Shown piece by piece: positions 40,801 to 55,641 of a stretch of DNA of 64,000 nt. How positions within the stretch are numbered: the stretch's first letter is position 1; each line of letters opens with the position of its first letter. Source of the stretch: Camelus dromedarius (taxonomy: Eukaryota); NCBI RefSeq assembly GCF_036321535.1, contig NC_087437.1, positions 1,922,001 through 1,986,000 on the forward strand, written 5' to 3'. Below the pieces are notes generated by a model. The model made no database searches. It was not told the DNA's origin and saw only the letters and a program-made list of their open reading frames with translations. A program made the position numbers and the translations under genes.

Positions 40801-42592
40801 AGCCTTCTCCTCTTCCTCAAAGAGCTAGATAGTTATATAGACACACTAAAATTCTACTCCAACAGACAGAATTATAAATGACACACTATCTTACTGCTAT
40901 GCCTCCCCACATAGATAGATAGCTAGCCAGATCGATAGAGAGGCAGGCAAATAGAGAGTCATACTAGTCGCCTCCTCCTCCGTTGGAGAGACAGACAGAC
41001 ACACACATAGTCTAGCTTCAACCATCCTCCAATAGATAGTCATTCAGGCAAGCAGTCAAACAGACAGACACACTAGAGGCGGGGTGCCGTCTGGCTACGT
41101 GGTTCGGCGGCGGGGCCCGGGGAAGAGGGTGCCCCTGGTGAACCAGAGGATTTTCTCCCATGTCCCTAGCTGCCTTGCCTCTGGGCGGCCTCCGCTAACC
41201 CAAGTTCGCCGGACGCAAGCCTTTGAAGTCAGCCTGCTCCTGGGAGCCGGCGAGGTAAGGACAGGGGAAGTGGTCAGCGGCAGACACGGAGGCGGCCCAG
41301 AACGCAAGAGGGATGCCTCGGCGAGTCGGTCATTTTCCTACCATCCCCCCTCTCCTGGCCTCGGGGCGGCCTCTGCTACCGCAGGTGTGCGGCAATTAAT
41401 TCTCCTTGTCAGCCAGGTCCTGGGAGTCTGTCCAGGTGAGCCCAAGGGACACGGACGTCGCGGGGAGCGGACTGCCTCGGGTTAGCCGATCAGTTTGCTC
41501 CCATCCCCTCAAGCGCCTGGCCTGGGGGCGGCCTGTCCTGCGCCAGGTTCAGAGTATGCACGTTTCCAGCTCAGCCAGCCCACCCGAGGCCGGCGCGCTG
41601 TGATCAGGGTCTGCAATGAGAAGTCGGGGCTGACTCACCGAGCCCGTGTATTTGTTCAGATCTCCCTCTTGGCTGGTCCTGGGCTAGGCCTCTACTACCC
41701 TAGGTCCACGAGGTGCTCATCTCTGTGTTTTTCAGCTCCGGGGAAGCGAGTGCGGGGTGGTCAGGGGGCGGGGAGGGGGCGGGGCGGGGGCGGGGCGGGG
41801 GCAGCTACAGAGAGGGCTGAAGCGGGATGCACGGGCTGCCCAGGCAAGCCTGCGGATTTCCATCCAGTGTCCCCCTCGGCCTGCAATGCGGGCGCCCTCT
41901 GCTGCTTCAGGGTGGCAATTGGCATCCCTCCAGGTGGGTCGAGTACTGGGAGGCTTCCTCCTTTAGACAGACAGAGAGACAAATAAAGAGACAGACAGAC
42001 ACACTAGCCTCTTCATCCATTGAGAAACAGCCGTATATCCTAACCTCCTCCTCCTCATTCATTATATAGGTAGACAGATACATATATAGACAGACACACA
42101 CACACACATACACACACTAGCCTCTTCCTACTCCTCAATTAAGTAGGTAGAGAGACACACTAATCTCCTCCTCCATTAGATAATAGATAGACAAACTTAA
42201 TACATTTTTCTCCTCCTCCATTAGATAGATGGAAAGTGAGATTGACCGATACACCCAGTAGCCGCTACCTTCTCCTGTTAGAGATACCGAGAGATAGCCA
42301 GACACATGGGATTATTTCTTCTTCTCCATTTGATATAGATAGAGACACACTCACAGACACACAGACAGACAGACAGACACACTACTCTTCTCCTGCTCTG
42401 ACAGACAGAGAGATAGACACTCTAGCCTCCTCCTTCTTCTCGAATACATACAGCTGCATAGATAGATATCTCATATATAGACAGACAGACTTACTAGCTT
42501 ACTCCTCGTCCATTCGATGCACACATAGACTGTTAGACAGACACAGTAGCCTCTTCCCCTCTTTGTTACACATACTTTGATAAAGAGACCCG

Positions 42593-42633
<41 letters not shown>

Positions 42634-44480
42634 ACAGGCTAGCATCCTCCTCTTCCTCAAATAGGTAGATAGGGAGATAGAAACACTAAATTCCTCCTCC
42701 AACAGACACACAAATAAAAAGAAACACTTGCCTACTGCTGTGCCTGCACTACATAGGTCGATTTGTACACAGATTGATAGATACGCAGATAGATGGAGAG
42801 ATAGATAGATAGAGAGGCAGGCAAATGGAGAGACATAATATTCGCCTCCTCCTCCAGTAGCTATATAGACAGACACACACATAGTCTAGCCTCTCGCATC
42901 CTCCAATAGATAGACAATCAGCCAGGCAGTCAAACAGTCTGACACACGTGAGGCGGTGTGCAGTCTGGGGTTGGGCTTCAGCGGCGGCGACCGGGGACAG
43001 GTGTGCCACTGGCGAGCCATAGGACTTTATCCCATGTCCCTAGCTGCCTTGCCTGGGGGCGGCCCCCGCTCCCCCAAATTCGACGGACTGAAGCTTTCAA
43101 GTTAGCCTGCTCGTGGCAGCAGGCGTTGTAAGGAAAGTGGAAGAGGTGAGCGGCAGCTCCGGAAGCGGCAGAGCATCTAAGGGGGATGCCTCGGCGAATC
43201 GGTCATTTTCCTCCCATTTCCCCCTCTCCTGGCATCGGGGCAGCCTCTGCTACCCCAGGAGTGCGGGATTTCGTTGTCCTTGTCAGCCAGGTCCTAGGAA
43301 GCTGTCGAGGTGTGCTCAGGGGACAGGGATGTCGCTTCTAGAGGACTGCCTCGGGTGAGCCGATCAGTTTGCTCCCATCTCCACAAGCGCCTGGCCTGGG
43401 GGCGGCCTCTCCTTCCCCAGGTTCCCAGTATGCATGTTTCCAGCTCAGCCTGTGCCCTTAGGCAGGCGCGGTGTTCTTAGGGGCTGCATTGAGGAGGCGG
43501 GGCTGCTCCACCGAGCCCGTGTATTTGCACAGATCTCCCCGTTGACCGGTCCTAGGGTTGGTCTCTGCTACCCTAGGTACACGATGTACACATCTCGGTG
43601 TTTTCCGGCTCCCGGGAGGCAAGTGCGGGGTGGTCAGGGGGCGGGGTGGGGGGTTGGAGTGGCGGTGGCGCCTACACAGAGGGAAGAAGAGGGATGCACG
43701 GGCTGTCCAGGGAAGCCTTTGGATTTCCATCCAGTGTCCCCCTCGGCGTGCAAGGAGGGCACCCTCTGCTGCTTCAGGGTGGGAATTGGCATCCCTCCAG
43801 CTGGGCCTAATAAAGGGAGGCTTCCTCCATTAGAGAGAGAGACAAAAAATAGACAGACAGACACACTAGCCTCTTCCTCCATTTAGAAACACCCATATGT
43901 CTTAACCTTCTCCTCCTAATCCATTATATAGGTAGACAGATACATACATAGACAGACAGACAGACAGACACACACACACACACAAACCCAAGCCCACACA
44001 CAACCTTCCCTCCTACCAGTCCTCAATTAAGTAGGTAGAGAGACACACTAATCGCCTTCTCCATTAGATAATAAACAGACAAACGGTATAGACTATTTCT
44101 ACTCCTCATTTAGATAGATGGAATGTGAGACTGACGCATTCACACACTAGCCTCTACCTTCTCCTGTTAGAGAGACAGACAGATAGCCAGACACATGAAA
44201 TCCTCCATCTTCTCCATTAGATATACGTAGAGAAATCTCTAAGATGCACAGAGAGACAAACACTAGTCTTCTCCTCCTCTGACAGACCGAGGGATAGATA
44301 ATCAAGCCTCCTCATTCTTTTCCATTAGGTATAGTTACATACATACATATCTGATAACAGACAGCCAGACAGACATACTAGCCTACTCTTCCTCCTTCAG
44401 ATACATACATAGACTGATAGACAGATACAGTAGGCTCCTCCCCCTTTAGATACAGATACATAGATAGACATCCCCACGAG

Positions 44481-44514
<34 letters not shown>

Positions 44515-47500
44515 AGCCTTCTCCTCTTCCTCAAAGAGCTAGATAGTTATATAGACACACTAAAATTCTACTCCAACAGACAGAATTATAAATGACACAC
44601 TATCTTACTGCTATGCCTCCCCACATAGATAGATAGCTAGCCAGATCGATAGAGAGGCAGGCAAATAGAGAGTCATACTAGTCGCCTCCTCCTCCGTTGG
44701 AGAGACAGACAGACACACACATAGTCTAGCTTCAACCATCCTCCAATAGATAGTCATTCAGGCAAGCAGTCAAACAGACAGACACACTAGAGGCGGGGTG
44801 CCGTCTGGCTACGTGGTTCGGCGGCGGGGCCCGGGGAAGAGGGTGCCCCTGGTGAACCAGAGGATTTTCTCCCATGTCCCTAGCTGCCTTGCCTCTGGGC
44901 GGCCTCCGCTAACCCAAGTTCGCCGGACGCAAGCCTTTGAAGTCAGCCTGCTCCTGGGAGCCGGCGAGGTAAGGACAGGGGAAGTGGTCAGCGGCAGACA
45001 CGGAGGCGGCCCAGAACGCAAGAGGGATGCCTCGGCGAGTCGGTCATTTTCCTACCATCCCCCCTCTCCTGGCCTCGGGGCGGCCTCTGCTACCGCAGGT
45101 GTGCGGCAATTAATTCTCCTTGTCAGCCAGGTCCTGGGAGTCTGTCCAGGTGAGCCCAAGGGACACGGACGTCGCGGGGAGCGGACTGCCTCGGGTTAGC
45201 CGATCAGTTTGCTCCCATCCCCTCAAGCGCCTGGCCTGGGGGCGGCCTGTCCTGCGCCAGGTTCAGAGTATGCACGTTTCCAGCTCAGCCAGCCCACCCG
45301 AGGCCGGCGCGCTGTGATCAGGGTCTGCAATGAGAAGTCGGGGCTGACTCACCGAGCCCGTGTATTTGTTCAGATCTCCCTCTTGGCTGGTCCTGGGCTA
45401 GGCCTCTACTACCCTAGGTCCACGAGGTGCTCATCTCTGTGTTTTTCAGCTCCGGGGAAGCGAGTGCGGGGTGGTCAGGGGGCGGGGCGGGGGCGGGGCG
45501 GGGGCGGGGCGGGGGCAGCTACAGAGAGGGCTGAAGCGGGATGCACGGGCTGCCCAGGCAAGCCTGCGGATTTCCATCCAGTGTCCCCCTCGGCCTGCAA
45601 TGCGGGCGCCCTCTGCTGCTTCAGGGTGGCAATTGGCATCCCTCCAGGTGGGTCGAGTACTGGGAGGCTTCCTCCTTTAGACAGACAGAGAGACAAATAA
45701 AGAGACAGACAGACACACTAGCCTCTTCATCCATTGAGAAACAGCCATATATCCTAACCTCCTCCTCCTCATTCATTATATAGGTAGACAGATACATATA
45801 TAGACAGACACACACACACACATACACACACTAGCCTCTTCCTACTCCTCAATTAAGTAGGTAGAGAGACACACTAATCTCCTCCTCCATTAGATAATAG
45901 ATAGACAAACTTAATACATTTTTCTCCTCCTCCATTAGATAGATGGAAAGTGAGATTGACCGATACACCCAGTAGCCGCTACCTTCTCCTGTTAGAGATA
46001 CCGAGAGATAGCCAGACACATGGGATTATTTCTTCTTCTCCATTTGATATAGATAGAGACACACTCACAGACACACAGACAGACAGACACACTACTCTTC
46101 TCCTGCTCTGACAGACAGAGAGATAGACACTCTAGCCTCCTCCTTCTTCTCGAATACATACAGCTGCATAGATAGATATCTCATATATAGACAGACAGAC
46201 TTACTAGCTTACTCCTCGTCCATTCGATGCACACATAGACTGTTAGACAGACACAGTAGCCTCTTCCCCTCTTTGTTACACATACTTTGATAAAGAGACC
46301 CGCACGCACACACACACACACACACATACACACAGGCTAGCATCCTCCTCTTCCTCAAATAGGTAGATAGGGAGATAGAAACACTAAATTCCTCCTCCAA
46401 CAGACACACAAATAAAAAGAAACACTTGCCTACTGCTGTGCCTGCACTACATAGGTCGATTTGTACACAGATTGATAGATACGCAGATAGATAGAGAGAT
46501 AGATAGATAGAGAGGCAGGCAAATGGAGAGACATAATATTCGCCTCCTCCTCCAGTAGCTATATAGACAGACACACACATAGTCTAGCCTCTCGCATCCT
46601 CCAATAGATAGACAATCAGCCAGGCAGTCAAACAGTCTGACACACGTGAGGCGGTGTGCAGTCTGGGGTTGGGCTTCAGCGGCGGCGACCGGGGACAGGT
46701 GTGCCACTGGCGAGCCATAGGACTTTATCCCATGTCCCTAGCTGCCTTGCCTGGGGGCGGCCCCCGCTCCCCCAAATTCGACGGACTGAAGCTTTCAAGT
46801 TAGCCTGCTCGTGGCAGCAGGCGTTGTAAGGAAAGTGGAAGAGGTGAGCGGCAGCTCCGGAAGCGGCAGAGCATCTAAGGGGGATGCCTCGGCGAATCGG
46901 TCATTTTCCTCCCATTTCCCCCTCTCCTGGCATCGGGGCAGCCTCTGCTACCCCAGGAGTGCGGGATTTCGTTGTCCTTGTCAGCCAGGTCCTAGGAAGC
47001 TGTCGAGGTGTGCTCAGGGGACAGGGATGTCGCTTCTAGAGGACTGCCTCGGGTGAGCCGATCAGTTTGCTCCCATCTCCACAAGCGCCTGGCCTGGGGG
47101 CGGCCTCTCCTTCCCCAGGTTCCCAGTATGCATGTTTCCAGCTCAGCCTGTGCCCTTAGGCAGGCGCGGTGTTCTTAGGGGCTGCATTGAGGAGGCGGGG
47201 CTGCTCCACCGAGCCCGTGTATTTGCACAGATCTCCCCGTTGACCGGTCCTAGGGTTGGTCTCTGCTACCCTAGGTACACGATGTACACATCTCGGTGTT
47301 TTCCGGCTCCCGGGAGGCAAGTGCGGGGTGGTCAGGGGGCGGGGTGGGGGGTTGGAGTGGCGGTGGCGCCTACACAGAGGGAAGAAGAGGGATGCACGGG
47401 CTGTCCAGGGAAGCCTTTGGATTTCCATCCAGTGTCCCCCTCGGCGTGCAAGGAGGGCACCCTCTGCTGCTTCAGGGTGGGAATTGGCATCCCTCCAGCT

Positions 47501-48188
47501 GGGCCTAATAAAGGGAGGCTTCCTCCATTAGAGAGAGAGACAAAAAATAGACAGACAGACACACTAGCCTCTTCCTCCATTTAGAAACACCCATATGTCT
47601 TAACCTTCTCCTCCTAATCCATTATATAGGTAGACAGATACATACATAGACAGACAGACAGACAGACACACACACACACACACACAAACCCAAGCCCACA
47701 CACAACCTTCCCTCCTACCAGTCCTCAATTAAGTAGGTAGAGAGACACACTAATCGCCTTCTCCATTAGATAATAAACAGACAAACGGTATAGACTATTT
47801 CTACTCCTCATTTAGATAGATGGAATGTGAGACTGACGCATTCACACACTAGCCTCTACCTTCTCCTGTTAGAGAGACAGACAGATAGCCAGACACATGA
47901 AATCCTCCATCTTCTCCATTAGATATACGTAGAGAAATCTCTAAGATGCACAGAGAGACAAACACTAGTCTTCTCCTCCTCTGACAGACCGAGGGATAGA
48001 TAATCAAGCCTCCTCATTCTTTTCCATTAGGTATAGTTACATACATACATATCTGATAACAGACAGCCAGACAGACATACTAGCCTACTCTTCCTCCTTC
48101 AGATACATACATAGACTGATAGACAGATACAGTAGGCTCCTCCCCCTTTAGATACAGATACATAGATAGACATCCCCACGAGCACACG

Positions 48189-48222
<34 letters not shown>

Positions 48223-51200
48223 AGCCTTCTCCTCTTCCTCAAAGAGCTAGATAGTTATATAGACACACTAAAATTCTACTCCAACAGACAGAATTATAAA
48301 TGACACACTATCTTACTGCTATGCCTCCCCACATAGATAGATAGCTAGCCAGATCGATAGAGAGGCAGGCAAATAGAGAGTCATACTAGTCGCCTCCTCC
48401 TCCGTTGGAGAGACAGACAGACACACACATAGTCTAGCTTCAACCATCCTCCAATAGATAGTCATTCAGGCAAGCAGTCAAACAGACAGACACACTAGAG
48501 GCGGGGTGCCGTCTGGCTACGTGGTTCGGCGGCGGGGCCCGGGGAAGAGGGTGCCCCTGGTGAACCAGAGGATTTTCTCCCATGTCCCTAGCTGCCTTGC
48601 CTCTGGGCGGCCTCCGCTAACCCAAGTTCGCCGGACGCAAGCCTTTGAAGTCAGCCTGCTCCTGGGAGCCGGCGAGGTAAGGACAGGGGAAGTGGTCAGC
48701 GGCAGACACGGAGGCGGCCCAGAACGCAAGAGGGATGCCTCGGCGAGTCGGTCATTTTCCTACCATCCCCCCTCTCCTGGCCTCGGGGCGGCCTCTGCTA
48801 CCGCAGGTGTGCGGCAATTAATTCTCCTTGTCAGCCAGGTCCTGGGAGTCTGTCCAGGTGAGCCCAAGGGACACGGACGTCGCGGGGAGCGGACTGCCTC
48901 GGGTTAGCCGATCAGTTTGCTCCCATCCCCTCAAGCGCCTGGCCTGGGGGCGGCCTGTCCTGCGCCAGGTTCAGAGTATGCACGTTTCCAGCTCAGCCAG
49001 CCCACCCGAGGCCGGCGCGCTGTGATCAGGGTCTGCAATGAGAAGTCGGGGCTGACTCACCGAGCCCGTGTATTTGTTCAGATCTCCCTCTTGGCTGGTC
49101 CTGGGCTAGGCCTCTACTACCCTAGGTCCACGAGGTGCTCATCTCTGTGTTTTTCAGCTCCGGGGAAGCGAGTGCGGGGTGGTCAGGGGGCGGGGCGGGG
49201 GCGGGGCGGGGGCAGCTACAGAGAGGGCTGAAGCGGGATGCACGGGCTGCCCAGGCAAGCCTGCGGATTTCCATCCAGTGTCCCCCTCGGCCTGCAATGC
49301 GGGCGCCCTCTGCTGCTTCAGGGTGGCAATTGGCATCCCTCCAGGTGGGTCGAGTACTGGGAGGCTTCCTCCTTTAGACAGACAGAGAGACAAATAAAGA
49401 GACAGACAGACACACTAGCCTCTTCATCCATTGAGAAACAGCCGTATATCCTAACCTCCTCCTCCTCATTCATTATATAGGTAGACAGATACATATATAG
49501 ACAGACACACACACACACATACACACACTAGCCTCTTCCTACTCCTCAATTAAGTAGGGAGAGAGACACACTAATCTCCTCCTCCATTAGATAATAGATA
49601 GACAAACTTAATACATTTTTCTCCTCCTCCATTAGATAGATGGAAAGTGAGATTGACCGATACACCCAGTAGCCGCTACCTTCTCCTGTTAGAGATACCG
49701 AGAGATAGCCAGACACATGGGATTATTTCTTCTTCTCCATTTGATATAGATAGAGACACACTCACAGACACACAGACAGACAGACACACTACTCTTCTCC
49801 TGCTCTGACAGACAGAGAGATAGACACTCTAGCCTCCTCCTTCTTCTCGAATACATACAGCTGCATAGATAGATATCTCATATATAGACAGACAGACTTA
49901 CTAGCTTACTCCTCGTCCATTCGATGCACACATAGACTGTTAGACAGACACAGTAGCCTCTTCCCCTCTTTGTTACACATACTTTGATAAAGAGACCCGC
50001 ACGCACACACACACACACACACATACACACAGGCTAGCATCCTCCTCTTCCTCAAATAGGTAGATAGGGAGATAGAAACACTAAATTCCTCCTCCAACAG
50101 ACACACAAATAAAAAGAAACACTTGCCTACTGCTGTGCCTGCACTACATAGGTCGATTTGTACACAGATTGATAGATACGCAGATAGATAGAGAGATAGA
50201 TAGATAGAGAGGCAGGCAAATGGAGAGACATAATATTCGCCTCCTCCTCCAGTAGCTATATAGACAGACACACACATAGTCTAGCCTCTCGCATCCTCCA
50301 ATAGATAGACAATCAGCCAGGCAGTCAAACAGTCTGACACACGTGAGGCGGTGTGCAGTCTGGGGTTGGGCTTCAGCGGCGGCGACCGGGGACAGGTGTG
50401 CCACTGGCGAGCCATAGGACTTTATCCCATGTCCCTAGCTGCCTTGCCTGGGGGCGGCCCCCGCTCCCCCAAATTCGACGGACTGAAGCTTTCAAGTTAG
50501 CCTGCTCGTGGCAGCAGGCGTTGTAAGGAAAGTGGAAGAGGTGAGCGGCAGCTCCGGAAGCGGCAGAGCATCTAAGGGGGATGCCTCGGCGAATCGGTCA
50601 TTTTCCTCCCATTTCCCCCTCTCCTGGCATCGGGGCAGCCTCTGCTACCCCAGGAGTGCGGGATTTCGTTGTCCTTGTCAGCCAGGTCCTAGGAAGCTGT
50701 CGAGGTGTGCTCAGGGGACAGGGATGTCGCTTCTAGAGGACTGCCTCGGGTGAGCCGATCAGTTTGCTCCCATCTCCACAAGCGCCTGGCCTGGGGGCGG
50801 CCTCTCCTTCCCCAGGTTCCCAGTATGCATGTTTCCAGCTCAGCCTGTGCCCTTAGGCAGGCGCGGTGTTCTTAGGGGCTGCATTGAGGAGGCGGGGCTG
50901 CTCCACCGAGCCCGTGTATTTGCACAGATCTCCCCGTTGACCGGTCCTAGGGTTGGTCTCTGCTACCCTAGGTACACGATGTACACATCTCGGTGTTTTC
51001 CGGCTCCCGGGAGGCAAGTGCGGGGTGGTCAGGGGGCGGGGTGGGGGGTTGGAGTGGCGGTGGCGCCTACACAGAGGGAAGAAGAGGGATGCACGGGCTG
51101 TCCAGGGAAGCCTTTGGATTTCCATCCAGTGTCCCCCTTGGCGTGCAAGGAGGGCACCCTCTGCTGCTTCAGGGTGGGAATTGGCATCCCTCCAGCTGGG

Positions 51201-51875
51201 CCTAATAAAGGGAGGCTTCCTCCATTAGAGAGAGAGACAAAAAATAGACAGACAGACACACTAGCCTCTTCCTCCATTTAGAAACACCCATATGTCTTAA
51301 CCTTCTCCTCCTAATCCATTATATAGGTAGACAGATACATACATAGACAGACAGACAGACAGACACACACACACACACAAACCCAAGCCCACACACAACC
51401 TTCCCTCCTACCAGTCCTCAATTAAGTAGGTAGAGAGACACACTAATCGCCTTCTCCATTAGATAATAAACAGACAAACGGTATAGACTATTTCTACTCC
51501 TCATTTAGATAGATGGAATGTGAGACTGACACATTCACACACTAGCCTCTACCTTCTCCTGTTAGAGAGACAGACAGATAGCCAGACACATGAAATCCTC
51601 CATCTTCTCCATTAGATATACGTAGAGAAATCTCTAAGATGCACAGAGAGACAAACACTAGTCTTCTCCTCCTCTGACAGACCGAGGGATAGATAATCAA
51701 GCCTCCTCATTCTTTTCCATTAGGTATAGTTACATACATACATATCTGATAACAGACAGCCAGACAGACATACTAGCCTACTCTTCCTCCTTCAGATACA
51801 TACATAGACTGATAGACAGATACAGTAGGCTCCTCCCCCTTTAGATACAGATACATAGATAGACATCCCCACGAG

Positions 51876-51924
<49 letters not shown>

Positions 51925-53715
51925 GCCTTCTCCTCTTCCTCAAAGAGCTAGATAGTTATATAGACACACTAAAATTCTACTCCAACAGACAGAATTATAA
52001 ATGACACACTATCTTACTGCTATGCCTCCCCACATAGATAGATAGCTAGCCAGATCGATAGAGAGGCAGGCAAATAGAGAGTCATACTAGTCGCCTCCTC
52101 CTCCGTTGGAGAGACAGACAGACACACACATAGTCTAGCTTCAACCATCCTCCAATAGATAGTCATTCAGGCAAGCAGTCAAACAGACAGACACACTAGA
52201 GGCGGGGTGCCGTCTGGCTACGTGGTTCGGCGGCGGGGCCCGGGGAAGAGGGTGCCCCTGGTGAACCAGAGGATTTTCTCCCATGTCCCTAGCTGCCTTG
52301 CCTCTGGGCGGCCTCCGCTAACCCAAGTTCGCCGGACGCAAGCCTTTGAAGTCAGCCTGCTCCTGGGAGCCGGCGAGGTAAGGACAGGGGAAGTGGTCAG
52401 CGGCAGACACGGAGGCGGCCCAGAACGCAAGAGGGATGCCTCGGCGAGTCGGTCATTTTCCTACCATCCCCCCTCTCCTGGCCTCGGGGCGGCCTCTGCT
52501 ACCGCAGGTGTGCGGCAATTAATTCTCCTTGTCAGCCAGGTCCTGGGAGTCTGTCCAGGTGAGCCCAAGGGACACGGACGTCGCGGGGAGCGGACTGCCT
52601 CGGGTTAGCCGATCAGTTTGCTCCCATCCCCTCAAGCGCCTGGCCTGGGGGCGGCCTGTCCTGCGCCAGGTTCAGAGTATGCACGTTTCCAGCTCAGCCA
52701 GCCCACCCGAGGCCGGCGCGCTGTGATCAGGGTCTGCAATGAGAAGTCGGGGCTGACTCACCGAGCCCGTGTATTTGTTCAGATCTCCCTCTTGGCTGGT
52801 CCTGGGCTAGGCCTCTACTACCCTAGGTCCACGAGGTGTTCATCTCTGTGTTTTTCAGCTCCGGGGAAGCGAGTGCGGGGTGGTCAGGGGGCGGGGAGGG
52901 GGCGGGGCGGGGGCGGGGCGGGGGCAGCTACAGAGAGGGCTGAAGCGGGATGCACGGGCTGCCCAGGCAAGCCTGCGGATTTCCATCCAGTGTCCCCCTC
53001 GGCCTGCAATGCGGGCGCCCTCTGCTGCTTCAGGGTGGCAATTGGCATCCCTCCAGGTGGGTCGAGTACTGGGAGGCTTCCTCCTTTAGACAGACAGAGA
53101 GACAAATAAAGAGACAGACAGACACACTAGCCTCTTCATCCATTGAGAAACAGCCGTATATCCTAACCTCCTCCTCCTCATTCATTATATAGGTAGACAG
53201 ATACATATATAGACAGACACACACACACACATACACACACTAGCCTCTTCCTACTCCTCAATTAAGTAGGTAGAGAGACACACTAATCTCCTCCTCCATT
53301 AGATAATAGATAGACAAACTTAATACATTTTTCTCCTCCTCCATTAGATAGATGGAAAGTGAGATTGACCGATACACCCAGTAGCCGCTACCTTCTCCTG
53401 TTAGAGATACCGAGAGATAGCCAGACACATGGGATTATTTCTTCTTCTCCATTTGATATAGATAGAGACACACTCACAGACACACAGACAGACAGACAGA
53501 CACACTACTCTTCTCCTGCTCTGACAGACAGAGAGATAGACACTCTAGCCTCCTCCTTCTTCTCGAATACATACAGCTGCATAGATAGATATCTCATATA
53601 TAGACAGACAGACTTACTAGCTTACTCCTCGTCCATTCGATGCACACATAGACTGTTAGACAGACACAGTAGCCTCTTCCCCTCTTTGTTACACATACTT
53701 TGATAAAGAGACCCG

Positions 53716-53756
<41 letters not shown>

Positions 53757-55607
53757 ACAGGCTAGCATCCTCCTCTTCCTCAAATAGGTAGATAGGGAGA
53801 TAGAAACACTAAATTCCTCCTCCAACAGACACACAAATAAAAAGAAACACTTGCCTACTGCTGTGCCTGCACTACATAGGTCGATTTGTACACAGATTGA
53901 TAGATACGCAGATAGATGGAGAGATAGATAGATAGAGAGGCAGGCAAATGGAGAGACATAATATTCGCCTCCTCCTCCAGTAGCTATATAGACAGACACA
54001 CACATAGTCTAGCCTCTCGCATCCTCCAATAGATAGACAATCAGCCAGGCAGTCAAACAGTCTGACACACGTGAGGCGGTGTGCAGTCTGGGGTTGGGCT
54101 TCAGCGGCGGCGACCGGGGACAGGTGTGCCACTGGCGAGCCATAGGACTTTATCCCATGTCCCTAGCTGCCTTGCCTGGGGGCGGCCCCCGCTCCCCCAA
54201 ATTCGACGGACTGAAGCTTTCAAGTTAGCCTGCTCGTGGCAGCAGGCGTTGTAAGGAAAGTGGAAGAGGTGAGCGGCAGCTCCGGAAGCGGCAGAGCATC
54301 TAAGGGGGATGCCTCGGCGAATCGGTCATTTTCCTCCCATTTCCCCCTCTCCTGGCATCGGGGCAGCCTCTGCTACCCCAGGAGTGCGGGATTTCGTTGT
54401 CCTTGTCAGCCAGGTCCTAGGAAGCTGTCGAGGTGTGCTCAGGGGACAGGGATGTCGCTTCTAGAGGACTGCCTCGGGTGAGCCGATCAGTTTGCTCCCA
54501 TCTCCACAAGCGCCTGGCCTGGGGGCGGCCTCTCCTTCCCCAGGTTCCCAGTATGCATGTTTCCAGCTCAGCCTGTGCCCTTAGGCAGGCGCGGTGTTCT
54601 TAGGGGCTGCATTGAGGAGGCGGGGCTGCTCCACCGAGCCCGTGTATTTGCACAGATCTCCCCGTTGACCGGTCCTAGGGTTGGTCTCTGCTACCCTAGG
54701 TACACGATGTACACATCTCGGTGTTTTCCGGCTCCCGGGAGGCAAGTGCGGGGTGGTCAGGGGGCGGGGTGGGGGGTTGGAGTGGCGGTGGCGCCTACAC
54801 AGAGGGAAGAAGAGGGATGCACGGGCTGTCCAGGGAAGCCTTTGGATTTCCATCCAGTGTCCCCCTCGGCGTGCAAGGAGGGCACCCTCTGCTGCTTCAG
54901 GGTGGGAATTGGCATCCCTCCAGCTGGGCCTAATAAAGGGAGGCTTCCTCCATTAGAGAGAGAGACAAAAAATAGACAGACAGACACACTAGCCTCTTCC
55001 TCCATTTAGAAACACCCATATGTCTTAACCTTCTCCTCCTAATCCATTATATAGGTAGACAGATACATACATAGACAGACAGACAGACAGACACACACAC
55101 ACACACACACAAACCCAAGCCCACACACAACCTTCCCTCCTACCAGTCCTCAATTAAGTAGGTAGAGAGACACACTAATCGCCTTCTCCATTAGATAATA
55201 AACAGACAAACGGTATAGACTATTTCTACTCCTCATTTAGATAGATGGAATGTGAGACTGACGCATTCACACACTAGCCTCTACCTTCTCCTGTTAGAGA
55301 GACAGACAGATAGCCAGACACATGAAATCCTCCATCTTCTCCATTAGATATACGTAGAGAAATCTCTAAGATGCACAGAGAGACAAACACTAGTCTTCTC
55401 CTCCTCTGACAGACCGAGGGATAGATAATCAAGCCTCCTCATTCTTTTCCATTAGGTATAGTTACATACATACATATCTGATAACAGACAGCCAGACAGA
55501 CATACTAGCCTACTCTTCCTCCTTCAGATACATACATAGACTGATAGACAGATACAGTAGGCTCCTCCCCCTTTAGATACAGATACATAGATAGACATCC
55601 CCACGAG

Positions 55608-55641
<34 letters not shown>

